Assembly (NCBI RefSeq): GCF_037042905.1
Contig: NC_087246.1
Coordinates: 3,412,001 to 3,476,000, forward strand
Direction: 5' to 3'
DNA: 64,000 nucleotides
Origin: Lytechinus pictus
Taxonomy: Eukaryota
Part shown: piece after piece, positions 1 to 13,345 of the stretch
Layout of the letters: the number at the start of each line of letters is the position of its first letter
How positions within the stretch are numbered: position 1 is the stretch's first letter
Position numbers and translations under genes: made by a program
Notes under the pieces: model-generated
Told to the model about the DNA's origin: nothing
The model's database searches: none
What the model saw: the letters and a program-made list of their open reading frames with translations, nothing else

Positions 1-130
1 TTACTCTTGACAAATAACCTTAGCTGCACTTTTTCCTTCTTCTTTCCTGTCATATCTTATGTCATTAATTTGTATTTTTATGATGATGAATGAATTATCA
101 ATGGGAGAGTGTGTAATTGAGGCCCTGGGG

Positions 131-680
131 CCGGGGGGGGGGGGGGGGCCACTTCCATTGACGAGTGGATACCCTAAACACGTATTTTTCATTTTCTGAA
201 AATGCACACCTTAACAAGTATTGGCGTCTGAAACCCTACCCTTATCAAGTATTGGAAACAAAACGATACTCTTGGCGAGTATTCCCTGAAATGAACCCCT
301 AAACAAGTACAGCGATATTTTATTTTTATGTCACGGGTCCGTCGGTCGTCGGTTTTACCTTTACACCCCCCATTTGGTTTAGTAGGCCTACGGCTCCACC
401 TTCCACACCTCGCGCAAATCGGACCCTAAACATGTAGTGTTGGGGCAAAAAGGACATCCTTTATGAAACATTTTAATTTTGTTTTATCATCCCCGAAAAT
501 TTGACCCTAAACACGTTCCTTTCATAGCGAAATAGATACCCTTTTTTCATTATTTTTGTGTTTTTGACACCCTTATCACGTAACGTACTTAACGTGCCCT
601 ATCTTGAAAAAGACATCCTTTTTACGTGTTTTTGGGGTCGCGCATGGTATCCACTCGTCAATGTAAGTGGCCCCCCCCGG
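131..680. mobile_element. MITE with terminal inverted repeats and 9-bp TSD (MULE-like)
   Basis: Left end CCGG(G)nCCACTTCCATTGACGAGTGGATACC mirrors right end GGTATCCACTCGTCAATGTAAGTGG(C)nGG; GCCCTGGGG is directly repeated at 122-130 and 681-689. Confidence 0.8.
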
Positions 681-2838
681 GCCCTGGGGTAAATAAGGCC
701 TGCAGTTAGTTATTAGCTTACTATTAATATTATACCCTTGTCAGCTCAGAGGAATTGCTGTTTGTGTGTATTTGAGACAGTTCCTGAGTACAGATATTGA
801 ACATGAAAATGAATATTGAAAATGACTCATAGCCCAGTGCCCATGACCAGGAAGAGCACAACGCAGCAGCACCTCAAAATCAAAATTTTGAAAGTAGCAT
901 CACCACTTTAGAGAGGCTAGCACTGTACATGTATGTACCTATCCAGTATGAATTTTATTTTACTTTTAATCTTAGTTTAATACTTCAATATTAAGGCATT
1001 ATACAAGTAATGTACATGTAGTAAAATTCATCACGTACCCTCTTTTTCTTACTGGATGCATATGAACTCAACATGCCCAATAAGGCAAATGAGGCCCCCC
1101 AGATTAAAACACAATTTCCATGGTATAGTTTAATCTGTTGTAATTTGCAGTGTAGACATTTTCACACTTGATTCTATACTCTTAAAGTGTCCACTGGCAA
1201 TAAAACATATACATGTATAGACATAGTATAATTGTGACAGTAGAAAACACAATTTGGAGAATCTTTTTTTTTTTTAAATAACATTGAATAGGACTGTTAA
1301 TTAATCCTAAAATGAGAGCCTTAAATGGTAAATAAACAGATATTAATACTATAATTGTTACTGAATTAGTAGGCCTAAATGATTAGTGATTATAAATTCA
1401 ACTGAACTATTTTCCTTTGATGTAGCAACACAAAATAGTTTTTAGTGAGGGGCCTCATTTGGCCCATTTCGGTGGAGCAAATGAGGCTACCCCCACTACA
1501 ATATTTAATGCTCTTTACTTTAATATGAAATGAGATTGATAAATTCTAAAAATTTCTGATAATATAGAATCTGATGTTTCGACTGCTTTGAATTAAAAAG
1601 ATATGATTAAAATTAAACTATGGGGGATTATTCACCCCACTCTCCCCTATTATGTTATGAATGTCACTTTGGGCCATCCACAAGCCTGGCAAGCTTTTTA
1701 TTGATGTACCAATAATCTGTATTTGTATATTGCTTTACAAGTATATCTTTTAATTTGGTGTAAATTAAATGAAATGTTATTAAATGAAAGGCATATTCTG
1801 AAACAGGACATAGCCAGCAAAAACCAAGACCAAAAAATGTTCCTTTGTAAATGATCAGATATGCCTTGATACTGATAGTCATGACTCATGGTATTCACTG
1901 TTGTCCTTGGACATCTTTCTCATAAAAATGCACTTCATAATCAGGTGAAAGTGACTGTCATTGCATCAATGGAACGCTTGTGTTAACCATTAATATAATG
2001 TAGATCCATGTTGAGACCAAATGCCCTTCATTATTAGTAATGATCTTTTCAGCAATGCATGATGGTTTGGCAGAACAAGGTAAAAAATTATGGATGATTG
2101 TGTTTTATGTGCTTATGCATGGATCATATGCATGGGAATATTGATTTGATTATGCTTTCAAAACATTTGAATTATTTGAATTGGAAAATTGCTTTTTTTT
2201 AATTTAGCTATTTTTCACAACATTTGATGCATTTCTTGCAATAAAATATGAAGGCAATAATTGGTCCAATAATTCAGAGAGTCAGAGTATTGCCTAAGCT
2301 TAACATTGAGAATTTGGCAAAAATCCACCATTTTCAGTTAAAGTCAAAGTTGCATAATTTTGGTGATGTCATAACATCATAGAGTTCCGATGCACTTTGA
2401 TGGCATCATTTTATGTAAAATTGAGGGTAAAATGAGACATATATCTTTAATTCATATGCTATCCAAATATTAAAAAAAAAAGAAACTGAGGATTCCTGTT
2501 CTTTTTGATGTGCTACAGTGAATTTTAAGTATGTACGTACATTTTTTCCCATATGGCACATTATGAGAGAATGCATGCATGCCTGCTGCAATCCACATGT
2601 ATGACGGATGTTCTTAGAAAGCTGATCTAGGAATTAAGTTGATCTGAATTCATTGCATTGATATGCTTTCTGTGATTCTATGTTAATGATACATACATGT
2701 AGGTCAATTTTTTGACATGCTTAAAATCACCTAAACCGTACATGTACTCATATTTGAGATGAGCCACCCCATAACCAAAAATAAGTCGCCCAAAATGAAT
2801 ATCAAGATTTTTATTGGGTTTGAAAAAGCACTTCTTAA

Positions 2839-3621
2839 AGGGATGGTCCGGGCTGAAAATATTTATATCTTAATACACAGAGTAGAATTCACTGAGCAAA
2901 ATGCCGAAAATTTCATCAAAATCGGATAACAAATAATAGAGTTAATGAAGTTTAAAGTTTAGCAATATTTTGTGAAAACAGTCATGAATATGCATTAGGT
3001 GGGCTGATGATGTCACATCTCCCCTTTCCGTTTTCTTATGTTATTACATAAAATCATAATTTTTTCATTATTTCATTCTTGTGTGAATAATATGTCTCCC
3101 TTATAATGAAATAAGTTGCAGCAATAAATATCTAATGCACTATTCAGTTGTCAATCCAATTTTTCTAGTTCTTGGAGGTAAAAATTTGAATAAACCTAAT
3201 TTCATATAATAAAATACAAAAGAACAAGTGGGGATGTGACATCATCAGCCCACCAAATGAATATTCATGACGACTGTTTTCATAAAATATTGCTAAACTT
3301 TAAAATTCAATAACTTTGTTATTTGTTATCAGATTTTGATGAAATTTTTGGCATTTTGCTTTGTGAATTCTACTCTATTTATTAAGCTGTAAATACTTTC
3401 AGCCCAATTTCATATAATAAAATACAAAAGAACAAGTGGGGATGTGACATCAGCCCACCTAATGAATATTCATGACGACTGTTTTCATAAAATATTGCTA
3501 AACTTTAAAATTCAATAACTTTGTTATTTGTTATCTGATTTTGATGAAATTTTTGGCATTTTGCTTAGTGAATTCTACTCTATTTATTAAGCTGTAAATA
3601 CTTTCAGCCCGGACCATCCCT
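2839..3621. mobile_element. Kolobok-like non-autonomous palindromic element with internal ~200-bp duplication
   Basis: TTAA|AGGGATGGTCCGGGCTGAAA ... TTTCAGCCCGGACCATCCCT|TTAA; arms largely self-complementary; ~3197-3405 is repeated at ~3406-3610. TTAA TSD with purine-purine termini fits Kolobok. Confidence 0.8.
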
Positions 3622-4420
3622 TTAAGCTTTAAAATGATATAACTTGTCAAAATTGATCAATTTATAATAATCCTCACAAGTATTTACTTGAATGCATGGG
3701 AAATTCAGCGAGAGCTTTAACAAAAATAAAGAGAAAACAAGGTTCAAAGTTTTGGGTTCACTCAAGCTTGAGAGGTGCACAATCTCGCTGAAACTTCGAG
3801 GCTCCCCCCCCCAAAAAAAAAAAAAATTGTGTCTTGAAAACAAACTATAATTGTATTCCATCTTAATTATTAAAATTTACAATTTTTACAGTATGAAGAA
3901 GAGGGATTTTTTTATCGGATAAGCTTATTTTCCAAGTTTGGCTTTTTGGAGACCATTTGAATGACTATTTTGGTTATATACAGAGATCCTTTCTTGGTGA
4001 TTTATTGTTGGTTTTGGGGTGGCTGGTCACATTTGATCATAAAGTGATTTTGAGCATGACCTGTTGACCCTTTAAGCTTATGTGATTAGGAGTTACGAGG
4101 ATATGATTGAAATGTGATTTTACAAAATGTCTTCTGGGTAATGTCATGACCTTTAATGAAATCAGACACATTTATAGTATTTCATGCTTTTCGGAATTCT
4201 GTTGATTCTTCATAAGACATAAAAAATGGGGGGGGGGGGCAATTCAAAATTGACATTACAAAAATTGAATAATTCAAAGGATATGTTTGCCAAACCTGAA
4301 TTGATACGTTTTGCATTTAACCACTTTGATGCCTTTGTGGACTTTATGTTTAAATCTTGTACATACAATGTTCATGTGCAATTTTTTTTACTTTAATTTT
4401 GTGGTACTCTTTATTTTCAG

Positions 4421-4491
4421 AGCTGCAGTGGATGACGTTTGAATAGGCTTCCAGAAGTGAAGCGTTTCATCCATGAAGACATCCCATATTA
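4421..4491 (+). CDS. SELENOM: Selenoprotein M, internal coding exon containing the Sec codon (SCSGURLNRLPEVKRFIHEDIPY-Y)
   Basis: Acceptor ttattttcag|; TGC AGT GGA TGA gives CxxU (TGA at 4433-4435); translation matches the SelM pattern CGGUxLNRLxEVKxF..DIPxY; ends in phase 2 at a GTATCCTTT donor. The upstream signal-peptide exon was not found in this window. Confidence 0.95.
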
Positions 4492-6117
4492 GTATCCTTT
4501 TAGTGCAAGCCCTATTTTTTCTGGGGAGTATTTCATGATTGTTTTAACTGGATCACTTGCAGAAGTTTTCCTCAATGAAGGGAATTGGTGAGAATCGGTC
4601 CATGGGGGCCTGAGATATGACCTCATGAATACATAATTACCATTGAAGTCAATGTATTAATGGCCTGGTTCCTAATGAGGTCATACGTGTATCTTGGGCC
4701 CCCATGGACTGATTCGCACTAAATTTTGGTAGTGGAGGTATTTCATCATGCTCTACCAAAATATGGTATCAAAAATTCTGAAATACAAAAAAAATCACTT
4801 CAGTACTCTATTAGTACTACAAGTTTTGGGTCACATGATCAAAGTCAAAGTAATCAGGGTAAATTAACTTTTTACGAAGGTTGTGATTTTTAATTTTCAA
4901 GATAATATTGAAAGTATAAGTCCCAATTGCATAGAAATTACATGTAGTGTTTATAGAGGCAAATTAATGAATGAAATTTCAGACCACTGGGTTATTTGGG
5001 GATAAACTAATATCAAATTAAAAAAAAAAAACTTCAAACCAAAATTTAAGATTTTGATTTTGAATTTATAAAATGTAGAAATCATGTATGTATCAAGAGT
5101 CTGAGGACAATTTTTTAAAATGTTTTTTTCACTATTACATGACAATAACATGAATTGATCTACATGTATAATGCTGCCCCCCTTGTGAAATATTATTAAT
5201 CTTAGATAGTTGTTTAGGTATCATATCAAAGAGCTCCAAGTTCGAATTTTATGGAGGTTAAATCTTGTACTTACCATATGTTCCATTGAATCTTTAGCAA
5301 TTTTATAAAAAAAATTAAGTTGTGTAAAAAGAATTTTGGTAAATATCATTATCAACATATGGGTCAGTAGGCTCATTTTTTTCTTCCAAACTTGAATTAA
5401 AAAAAAAGGAAGGTCTATCTGGGTCAGTCAGGTAACAGCACAAAAAGGTCTGTACTGAATGAGTTATATGGATTGCATGCACTTCATCTGCATCATGGAA
5501 TGAATGAGATAAAATTAGAATGTCACAAGATTATTGCAGTTACCTGTTGAATGTCATTCAAACACAGAGTTGTACAGGATGATGTTTGAAGAGATGGCCT
5601 GAAGCCAAAGCTTTCATCTATGAAGATCTTCATTTCTTGTATCCTTACATGTAGGCTATTCAAGGCTATACAGTGCACTATTTCACAGAGCATATTTTCA
5701 GTGATTTGAACTAGGCAGCTTTTGAACTTATTTCCATTGAGATTTTGGCCTCATCCTCAGATCCACAGATTTCAATAATTATTCCACATGAATCTAAAAA
5801 AGTTTACACTTTCACAGCAGCAAAGCACTTTTGAAACACTAGCGAATAGTGTACTTCAACACTTTATTAATCTAATCTGACTAATCTTTTCATTTAAAAG
5901 AGTTGTTATTTCAGAATGACTCACATATAACTTTGCTTTTATTGCACTACCATAGAGACCTTGATCCTGATTGGCTGTTGGGCCATATTACCATTGTAAC
6001 ACACATGTAGATAACCATAATGGCAAAGTTGGCATAGTTACGAGTCTTTATGAGACAGGCCTCTGAGTTGTTTAAAAGAAATGGAGTGCATATAAGCCTT
6101 AACTCAAATGTTTCCAG
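4492..6117 (+). other. U12-type (minor spliceosome) GT-AG intron of SELENOM
   Basis: 5' splice site GTATCCTTT (4492-4500); branch motif CCTTAAC (6097-6103) about 15 nt before CAG (6115-6117); no extended polypyrimidine tract. Confidence 0.9.
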
Positions 6118-6196
6118 TCATAATGTAATGTTCAAGCCAGTTCCTGGGGCGAATCCAGATCTACTCCTTCTTGATGAGTCAGGCAGTATATTACAG
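6118..6196 (+). CDS. SELENOM: Selenoprotein M coding exon (79 nt; HNVMFKPVPGANPDLLLLDESGSILQ)
   Basis: Frame is continuous with the previous exon (TA|T = Tyr); matches SelM YHNL.MK..PGADPEL.LL; donor CAG|gtgagt. Confidence 0.95.
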
Positions 6197-7417
6197 GTGA
6201 GTTATAAACCTAGTAATTGGGTTAGGTCATGCATGGATCCAGAGATAGTAAAATACAAATCTTTAACTCGAGTACCTTAGGCCTAGCAGAGGTGAGTATG
6301 TATCTGGTAATTAATCTGAGTGTAATAAGGCATGGGCTCATATTATTATTAAAGTATGGTATCTAAAAGTAAAGTAAGGTACTTGTATATCATATAAGTT
6401 TGATTAATGCATGGTCCCAATTTCATACAAAGGGTCTCTATATTTAATTTTAAGCTAGCCATGCACCTGGTAAATTTGCCATACCTCCGGTAGTAGGCAT
6501 GAAGTAAAAAAAAAACCTGTTTCTTGGCAAAATATTCCACCATTCGATAAAACAAATGATACACAGGTTTGTTCTTGCTTTGGTAGGACTAGTGAGCATG
6601 CGGTAACTACCGTATGTAAACAAGTCTAAATCTACTCAGTGCACACAGTGTACCTTTGGCTCACAGAATTTACTGATGGCATGCACTTAAGTCTGTGCAT
6701 CATTTGTATACTATAATATATACCAAAGGGCAATGGTTCGATCATGAGATTTGTAGATGTGAAATTTATGATTTTTTACTGGTCTAAATATTAAGTGACG
6801 ACTTTGCATGAAAAAAATGGTAAACAAAAGAACATTTTGTTATATATGGTCTCAAAACAAATCAAGAAAGGATAAGAATAAATGGTTTTCCCTTTTTTTA
6901 CTAGAATTGCATTTGCAGTATTTGATTAGAATTTGGTTCTGTTAAAAAAAAACAAGTACCGGTAACAATACAAATGAAATAATAAATATGAAATTAACAA
7001 AATGAAAATGGGAGGAAACCCCTACTCAGAAGCATCAGTCATGGTGCTGCTTGTCTACCGAGAAGGGGTCCTCATGTATTATTCAATATTCATTATGTAT
7101 TATTTTACAGTAAGGCAACATATAACATAAATATGAATTTGGCGAGAGTTACAGAAACCATCTCAGTCTTGCTCATACATGTATAGTGAGCTCTCATTCT
7201 GAGGTTCATTTTTTTGCATATTTAAACAGCTTGCACGATATGCAAACAAGCACTTCAGTTATACGGATCTAATGATAATATAACCTATTTGAACAGATGT
7301 TGAAATCACCTGAACCTTTTCTTTTTGTGTATGAGATAAGTTACTTTAAAGGGGGATTCAACTGTTTTTTCTCATTTATTATTCTTTTTGGTTGGCCATG
7401 ATTATAGCTGCCCTGAG

Positions 7418-10400
7418 GGTTCCACGAGCCTAATTACATCAGGAGGGCTAAAGATATTCGTTCGACCCAACCCATTCGAATTTTTGTCAATTTGATATTG
7501 CTGATTGACAAAAATGTATGAATGTGATTCAAAATCTAACACTGATTCTAGAAATGGTAACTACTGAACTTACTTCGCCCAAATTGGGAAGATAAATAAG
7601 TGACTTGGAACTATTTTTTGACTGGCGGAATAATTAGGGCTATTTTACTGTTTCAGTTGATGAATTCGATCGATTCATAGTTATCTTCATAAATGGCGAT
7701 TTATTTTTAAAATGAGCTGGCTACGGTACCCTTTCCTGGTCAGATTTGGAATGTCAGATATATATCCTATCCATTGGTAGTAAACATTCCACCCTCTAAT
7801 TTCACATTTATTTTTTATGAATTTTTCAAAAGTGCCATTTTAACACACAAGTCTATGGGGAATGTTTTACGCGCGTGACACCTGTAAGTAATATGAGAAA
7901 TCCCTAGTAGTGGATGGAATACCTGGCCAAACTCTTCACTAGCAAACAATTTCTCACTGATATCAATATGTTTAGTCATCTAGTGGTGCAAAAAATGGAT
8001 TTAATGGCTAGCAGAGCTACATCAGGTAAAGTTAGTAGGTCTGTGTAGCCTAGGAATGTATGTAGATTGGTCAATGTATAGAGTCAAGGCCTCTTTATGT
8101 TCTGATTTATCATTGTTTTGTGTTAGTGTACATCACCTACTTAGCATAAGAAAGACCTTTAGAAATTGCTCATGTTAAAATTGTTCTTAGGAAGGGGGTA
8201 GGTAGAGAGGAGATAGAACTTTAAAAACTTTACTGAAGAGAACTAGAGTGGTACCTTCAAGAAGGTATTTAGAAAAGGGCACAGAGTAAGGTAAGGTATC
8301 TAATAGTGCTCAGCTAAGGAGGGAGGGGGGGCTGCTGTGTGCTGCAATCTTAGTATAGCCCCTCCCCCCTCTTTATTAAACCATTTTTTATTTATAAAAT
8401 TATCTTTCTTTCTCTCTCTCTCTCTCTCTCTATTTATGTATATATTATCCTTCTTACATTTGAGAGGCAACAGCCCTAGGAAGATTTTGAATAGGTCAAA
8501 TGCAAATATAATAAAGTAGTATCTCATTCTTTTATTGTGTCCTCATCCAATCTCATGTATATTTGGTAATTATGTTTGGGAAAGTTCTGGTATCCTGATA
8601 TCTACACAGAATTTACATACACCTTTATATTACAATTGATAGGGACCTATATTGTCATTGCATTCACTGTTGGGCTCTATGCAGGTAGGATTTGTATACA
8701 TCCATATATAGTGAAAATAACATGTATGTGTAACACATTAAAATGGGTCATTGCATAGAAAATAGGCATTTTCAATGCATTTCTTTGTGCTAGTGTGAGT
8801 GTACAGATATAAAAGAATAGCAAAGTAGCTATTCAAAAAAATAAAATACATATGTCATATAATATATATAGGTTCCACGAGCCTAATTACATCAGGAGGG
8901 CTAAAGATATTCGTTCGACCCAACCCATTCGAATTTTTGTCAATTTGATATTGCTGATTGACAAAAATGTATGAATGTGATTCAAAATCTAACACTGATT
9001 CTAGAAATGGTAACTACTGAACTTACTTCGCCCAAATTGGGAAGATAAATAAGTGACTTGGAACTATTTTTTGACTGGCGGAATAATTAGGGCTATTTTA
9101 CTGTTTCAGTTGATGAATTCGATCGATTCATAGTTATCTTCATAAATGGCGATTTATTTTTAAAATGAGCTGGCTACGGTACCCTTTCCTGGTCAGATTT
9201 GGAATGTCAGATATATATCCTATCCATTGGTAGTAAACATTCCACCCTCTAATTTCACATTTATTTTTTATGAATTTTTCAAAAGTGCCATTTTAACACA
9301 CAAGTCTATGGGGAATGTTTTACGCGTGTGACACCTGTAAGTAATATGAGAAATCCCTAGTAGTGGATGGAATACCTGGCCAAACTCTTCACTAGCAAAC
9401 AATTTCTCACTGATATCAATATGTTTAGTCATCTAGTGGTGCAAAAAATGGATTTAATGGCTAGCAGAGCTACATCAGGTAAAGTTAGTAGGTCTGTGTA
9501 GCCTAGGAATGTATGTAGATTGGTCAATGTATAGAGTCAAGGCCTCTTTATGTTCTGATTTATCATTGTTTTGTGTTAGTGTACATCACCTACTTAGCAT
9601 AAGAAAGACCTTTAGAAATTGCTCATGTTAAAATTGTTCTTAGGAAGGGGGTAGGTAGAGAGGAGATAGAACTTTAAAAACTTTACTGAAGAGAACTAGA
9701 GTGGTACCTTCAAGAAGGTATTTAGAAAAGGGCACAGAGTAAGGTAAGGTATCTAATAGTGCTCAGCTAAGGAGGGAGGGGGGGGCTGCTGTGTGCTGCA
9801 ATCTTAGTATAGCCCCTCCCCCCTCTTTATTAAACCATTTTTTATTTATAAAATTATCTTTCTTTCTCTCTCTCTCTCTCTCTCTATTTATGTATATATT
9901 ATCCTTCTTACATTTGAGAGGCAACAGCCCTAGGAAGATTTTGAATAGGTCAAATGCAAATATAATAAAGTAGTATCTCATTCTTTTATTGTGTCCTCAT
10001 CCAATCTCATGTATATTTGGTAATTATGTTTGGGAAAGTTCTGGTATCCTGATATCTACACAGAATTTACATACACCTTTATATTACAATTGATAGGGAC
10101 CTATATTGTCATTGCATTCACTGTTGGGCTCTATGCAGGTAGGATTTGTATACATCCATATATAGTGAAAATAACATGTATGTGTAACACATTAAAATGG
10201 GTCATTGCATAGAAAATAGGCATTTTCAATGCATTTCTTTGTGCTAGTGTGAGTGTACAGATATAAAAGAATAGCAAAGTAGCTATTCAAAAAAATAAAA
10301 TACATATGTCATATAATATATATAGGTTCCACGAGCCTAATTACATCAGGAGGGCTAAAGATATTCGTTCGACCCAACCCATTCGAATTTTTGTCAATTT

Positions 10401-10791
10401 GATATTGCTGATTGACAAAAATGTATGAATGTGATTCAAAATCTAACACTGATTCTAGAAATGGTAACTACTGAACTTACTTCGCCCAAATTGGGAAGAT
10501 AAATAAGTGACTTGGAACTATTTTTTGACTGGCGGAATAATTAGGGCTATTTTACTGTTTCAGTTGATGAATTCGATCGATTCATAGTTATCTTCATAAA
10601 TGGCGATTTATTTTTAAAATGAGCTGGCTACGGTACCCTTTCCTGGTCAGATTTGGAATGTCAGATATATATCCTATCCCTTGGTAGTAAACATTCCACC
10701 CTCTAATTTCACATTTATTTTTTATGAATTTTTCAAAAGTGCCATTTTAACACACAAGTCTATGGGGAATGTTTTACGCGCGTGACACCTG
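7418..10791. repeat. Near-identical head-to-tail repeat, 1453/1454-bp period, 2.3 copies (A-B-A-B-A), in the last SELENOM intron
   Basis: GGTTCCACGAGCCTAATTAC starts at 7418, 8871 and 10325; the third copy stops after ~466 bp at ...GTGACACCTG; only a few differences seen between copies. Confidence 0.95.
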
Positions 10792-11737
10792 AGCTAGCTT
10801 GCACAAATGTTAACATAGGTGGCAGTCTTCGATATTCTGTTTTGTCAAAGCAAAAATGAAAAAGCAGTTCAGAGGCATTCAATTTTCTATTCTGTCAAAG
10901 CAACAAAAAAAGAAAAAAAAGGAAAAGGAAATCAGTAGAAATGTTCATTTTTCTGTTTTGTCAAAACAAAAACAAACAAAAGAGGTCCATTTATCATAAA
11001 GTTATCAAATTTCCATTATGCAGGGGAAAAATTGAAAAATTGGTTTTCCAAAAAGCAGTTGGTCTTCTTTTCATATGTTTGATTTTAGATATTTCATTCC
11101 TGTTGCACAATATTAATAAACAACCTTTTTTCTCTATAAATTCTCAAAATCATAATCAGTTTTTACTCAATATGTGCTTTTTCTGTTCCCAAATCAGAAA
11201 AACAAATCTGATAGTGATAGTGCCTTGATTTTTGGAGGCTTTGCTTTGATAAAAATTTATGGATATTAAAATTTTCTTCTCTTATCAACTTTAATTTTTA
11301 GTTTACTTTTGAAAAACTCCCCATTAGTGTTCAAATGTTTTCCTTCAAAATAGTGTAGTAATACATATTCCACATAAAAATCAAAATGTAACTTCTGTTT
11401 CATGTGCTTGCTATAGTTTTGATCATGGTCATCTTTCAAAGGATAAGAAGAATTTCAAATTTTAGAATAATCAACATTTCATAACATTCAATGCAGAATT
11501 CAGCATGGCTAACTTTTAGTTGTAAAATATTATATAAAATTTGTTTTATGTATCCCAAAACACTTTTAAGTATCATTACATGTACCTGTGAGTACCATTG
11601 TTTCACCTTATCATTTTGGTTTTAAAATCCATCCTTCTCCCCCCCCCCCTCTCTACTTTTCTCTCTCACTCTCTTTCACTTCTTTCTGTCTCATTTTCTT
11701 GTTCTCTCCGACTGTGAGTCCCCCTTTCCACTCCTAG

Positions 11738-11881
11738 AGGATTGACTTGTCCAAGATGAAGCAGACAGAACTGAATGAAATGATGACAGAAGAACTGGGA
11801 TTCTATAGGAAAGCCAACATTGCAGAAGATGTTCCTGAAGAATATTCCTCTGGCCCTTATTCCATCAAGAGAGAACTTTAA
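11738..11881 (+). CDS. SELENOM: Selenoprotein M last coding exon (RIDLSKMKQTELNEMMTEELGFYRKANIAEDVPEEYSSGPYSIKREL*)
   Basis: Long pyrimidine tract plus ctcctag| acceptor, phase 0; matches SelM RI.LS.M...E.N.L..ELGFYRK...VP.EY; ends in KDEL-like KREL; TAA at 11879-11881. Confidence 0.95.
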   Translation, partial: RIDLSKMKQTELNEMMTEELGFYRKANIAEDVPEEYSSGPYSIKREL

Positions 11882-13345
11882 TTCTACATCATTAATTTGT
11901 GTTTCATAATACATGCATGCAAGTTGTGCCTTAATTGTGATGTTACCCCTTCATTTTAATCCTGAGTGATTTGTAGACCCTGATGAGTTCAATACCATGC
12001 ATCAAGCTCAGTCACAGCATTTAAAATTGGTTGCAAACTTAATTTAAATAGTACAGTTATCTTGGAATCACACTTGTATAGTAATTCTACTGATTAGTCA
12101 TTATTCTTTCATACAAGGGATTCATCTCTCAGTTAAACATGTTTAGTTTTGTATGTCTTTGGAAAAGTTGTTGACCCACATTCCTGTTATAATAATGAAT
12201 GTTGGTAATGCATGTATTATGAAATGTACAAATTGGTTACATGACATTTGTTCCTCTGATAAATAATGGTGCTATCATAGATTTATTGAGTCCTTATTGT
12301 TGAGGTTTTGATAAAGATTCATGTTTTGCAATTAAATACAATTTAAATCAGATATGTTACAGTCACAACAAGCATACCAATTTCCAGACGGATCAAAACT
12401 TTTTTATGACATACAATCAGTTTATTAGGAGACAGTTTTGTTTTTGTTACTGTGGCATTAAATATGTTTTTAGTAGCTCTCATGTGGGGTTTATTAAAGT
12501 ACAGTCTTTATATGTGATTACTTGCCTGAGGAACAAATGTCATTGAATTATCATTGCTTTTCAAGTAATAACATTCTAATGTGGAGAATTATTGAAAATT
12601 GAGAGGGAGAGAGCAAGGGAGAGGTTTCTTGTGAAAAGTCAATGATTACCATTCTGCAAAATATATTTGAATATGTATATGATCCTCTTCTATTGCGTAG
12701 TCTATTTGTCAATCTGTAAATTGCAATCGGTGCCTAACAGCATGGACCTGCATGGAGAGCCGCGGAAATGTTGATTTTATCCAAGCAACACATCAATCAC
12801 TGTGCTTTTGATTATTTTGTACTTTTCTTCAAAGGTTTGAAGTGAAAAGCAAAGTCTACTTTGAAAATCATGCAAATTGTTAATTAATTATTGGTGACTT
12901 GTGTGCTTCATTTAATTCATGCAAGTAGTAAGATGTGGAAGCTAGAAGAATGAATTAGTCAGAATTTATGAACTTGGACAGCTTAAATCTGTCCTGTCAT
13001 CTGTCTTCCCGTAAAACAGTTATTTGTTGTCTTGTGATGTGCTGTAACTGGGACAGTTTGAATTTGTACTGTCAACCTACTGCCTCCTCAGCTCCTGTTT
13101 TTCTGTTGCCCCTCTTGAGTTTATTTTTAATTCTAATTTTAATGTTTAAAATTGTTGCCTATGTGATATTGAAAAACTTTGCAATGTATTCTTACCATGA
13201 TTGTGTAATATGTGGCTACATGGCACAATTAATCCCCTCTACCCCTATCTTTCTCTCACTCTCTCTCTCTCTGATTTTTCTTTATTCCCACACAAGTGCT
13301 TTGATATTTAGTTGATCATTTCAAACATTGTATAAGCCAACAATG

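Noticed and set aside
1080..1650. Possible Tc1/pogo-like MITE remnant (GCAAATGAGGC motifs, CTCCCCTA end)
   Set aside because: Only one plausible terminus and no TSD, so the boundaries cannot be supported.
6050..6280. 76-aa ORF as a standalone gene
   Set aside because: Only 6118-6196 is SelM-like and bounded by splice sites; the rest is intron.
8300..10212. Duplicated 60-75-aa ORFs
   Set aside because: They are low-complexity translations repeated only because of the 1.45-kb tandem repeat.
11666..11914. Minus-strand 82-aa ORF
   Set aside because: It is the antisense shadow of the SelM last exon and its pyrimidine tract.
11975..12015. Hammerhead ribozyme (CTGATGAG)
   Set aside because: No correctly placed GAAA or stems I-III could be built.
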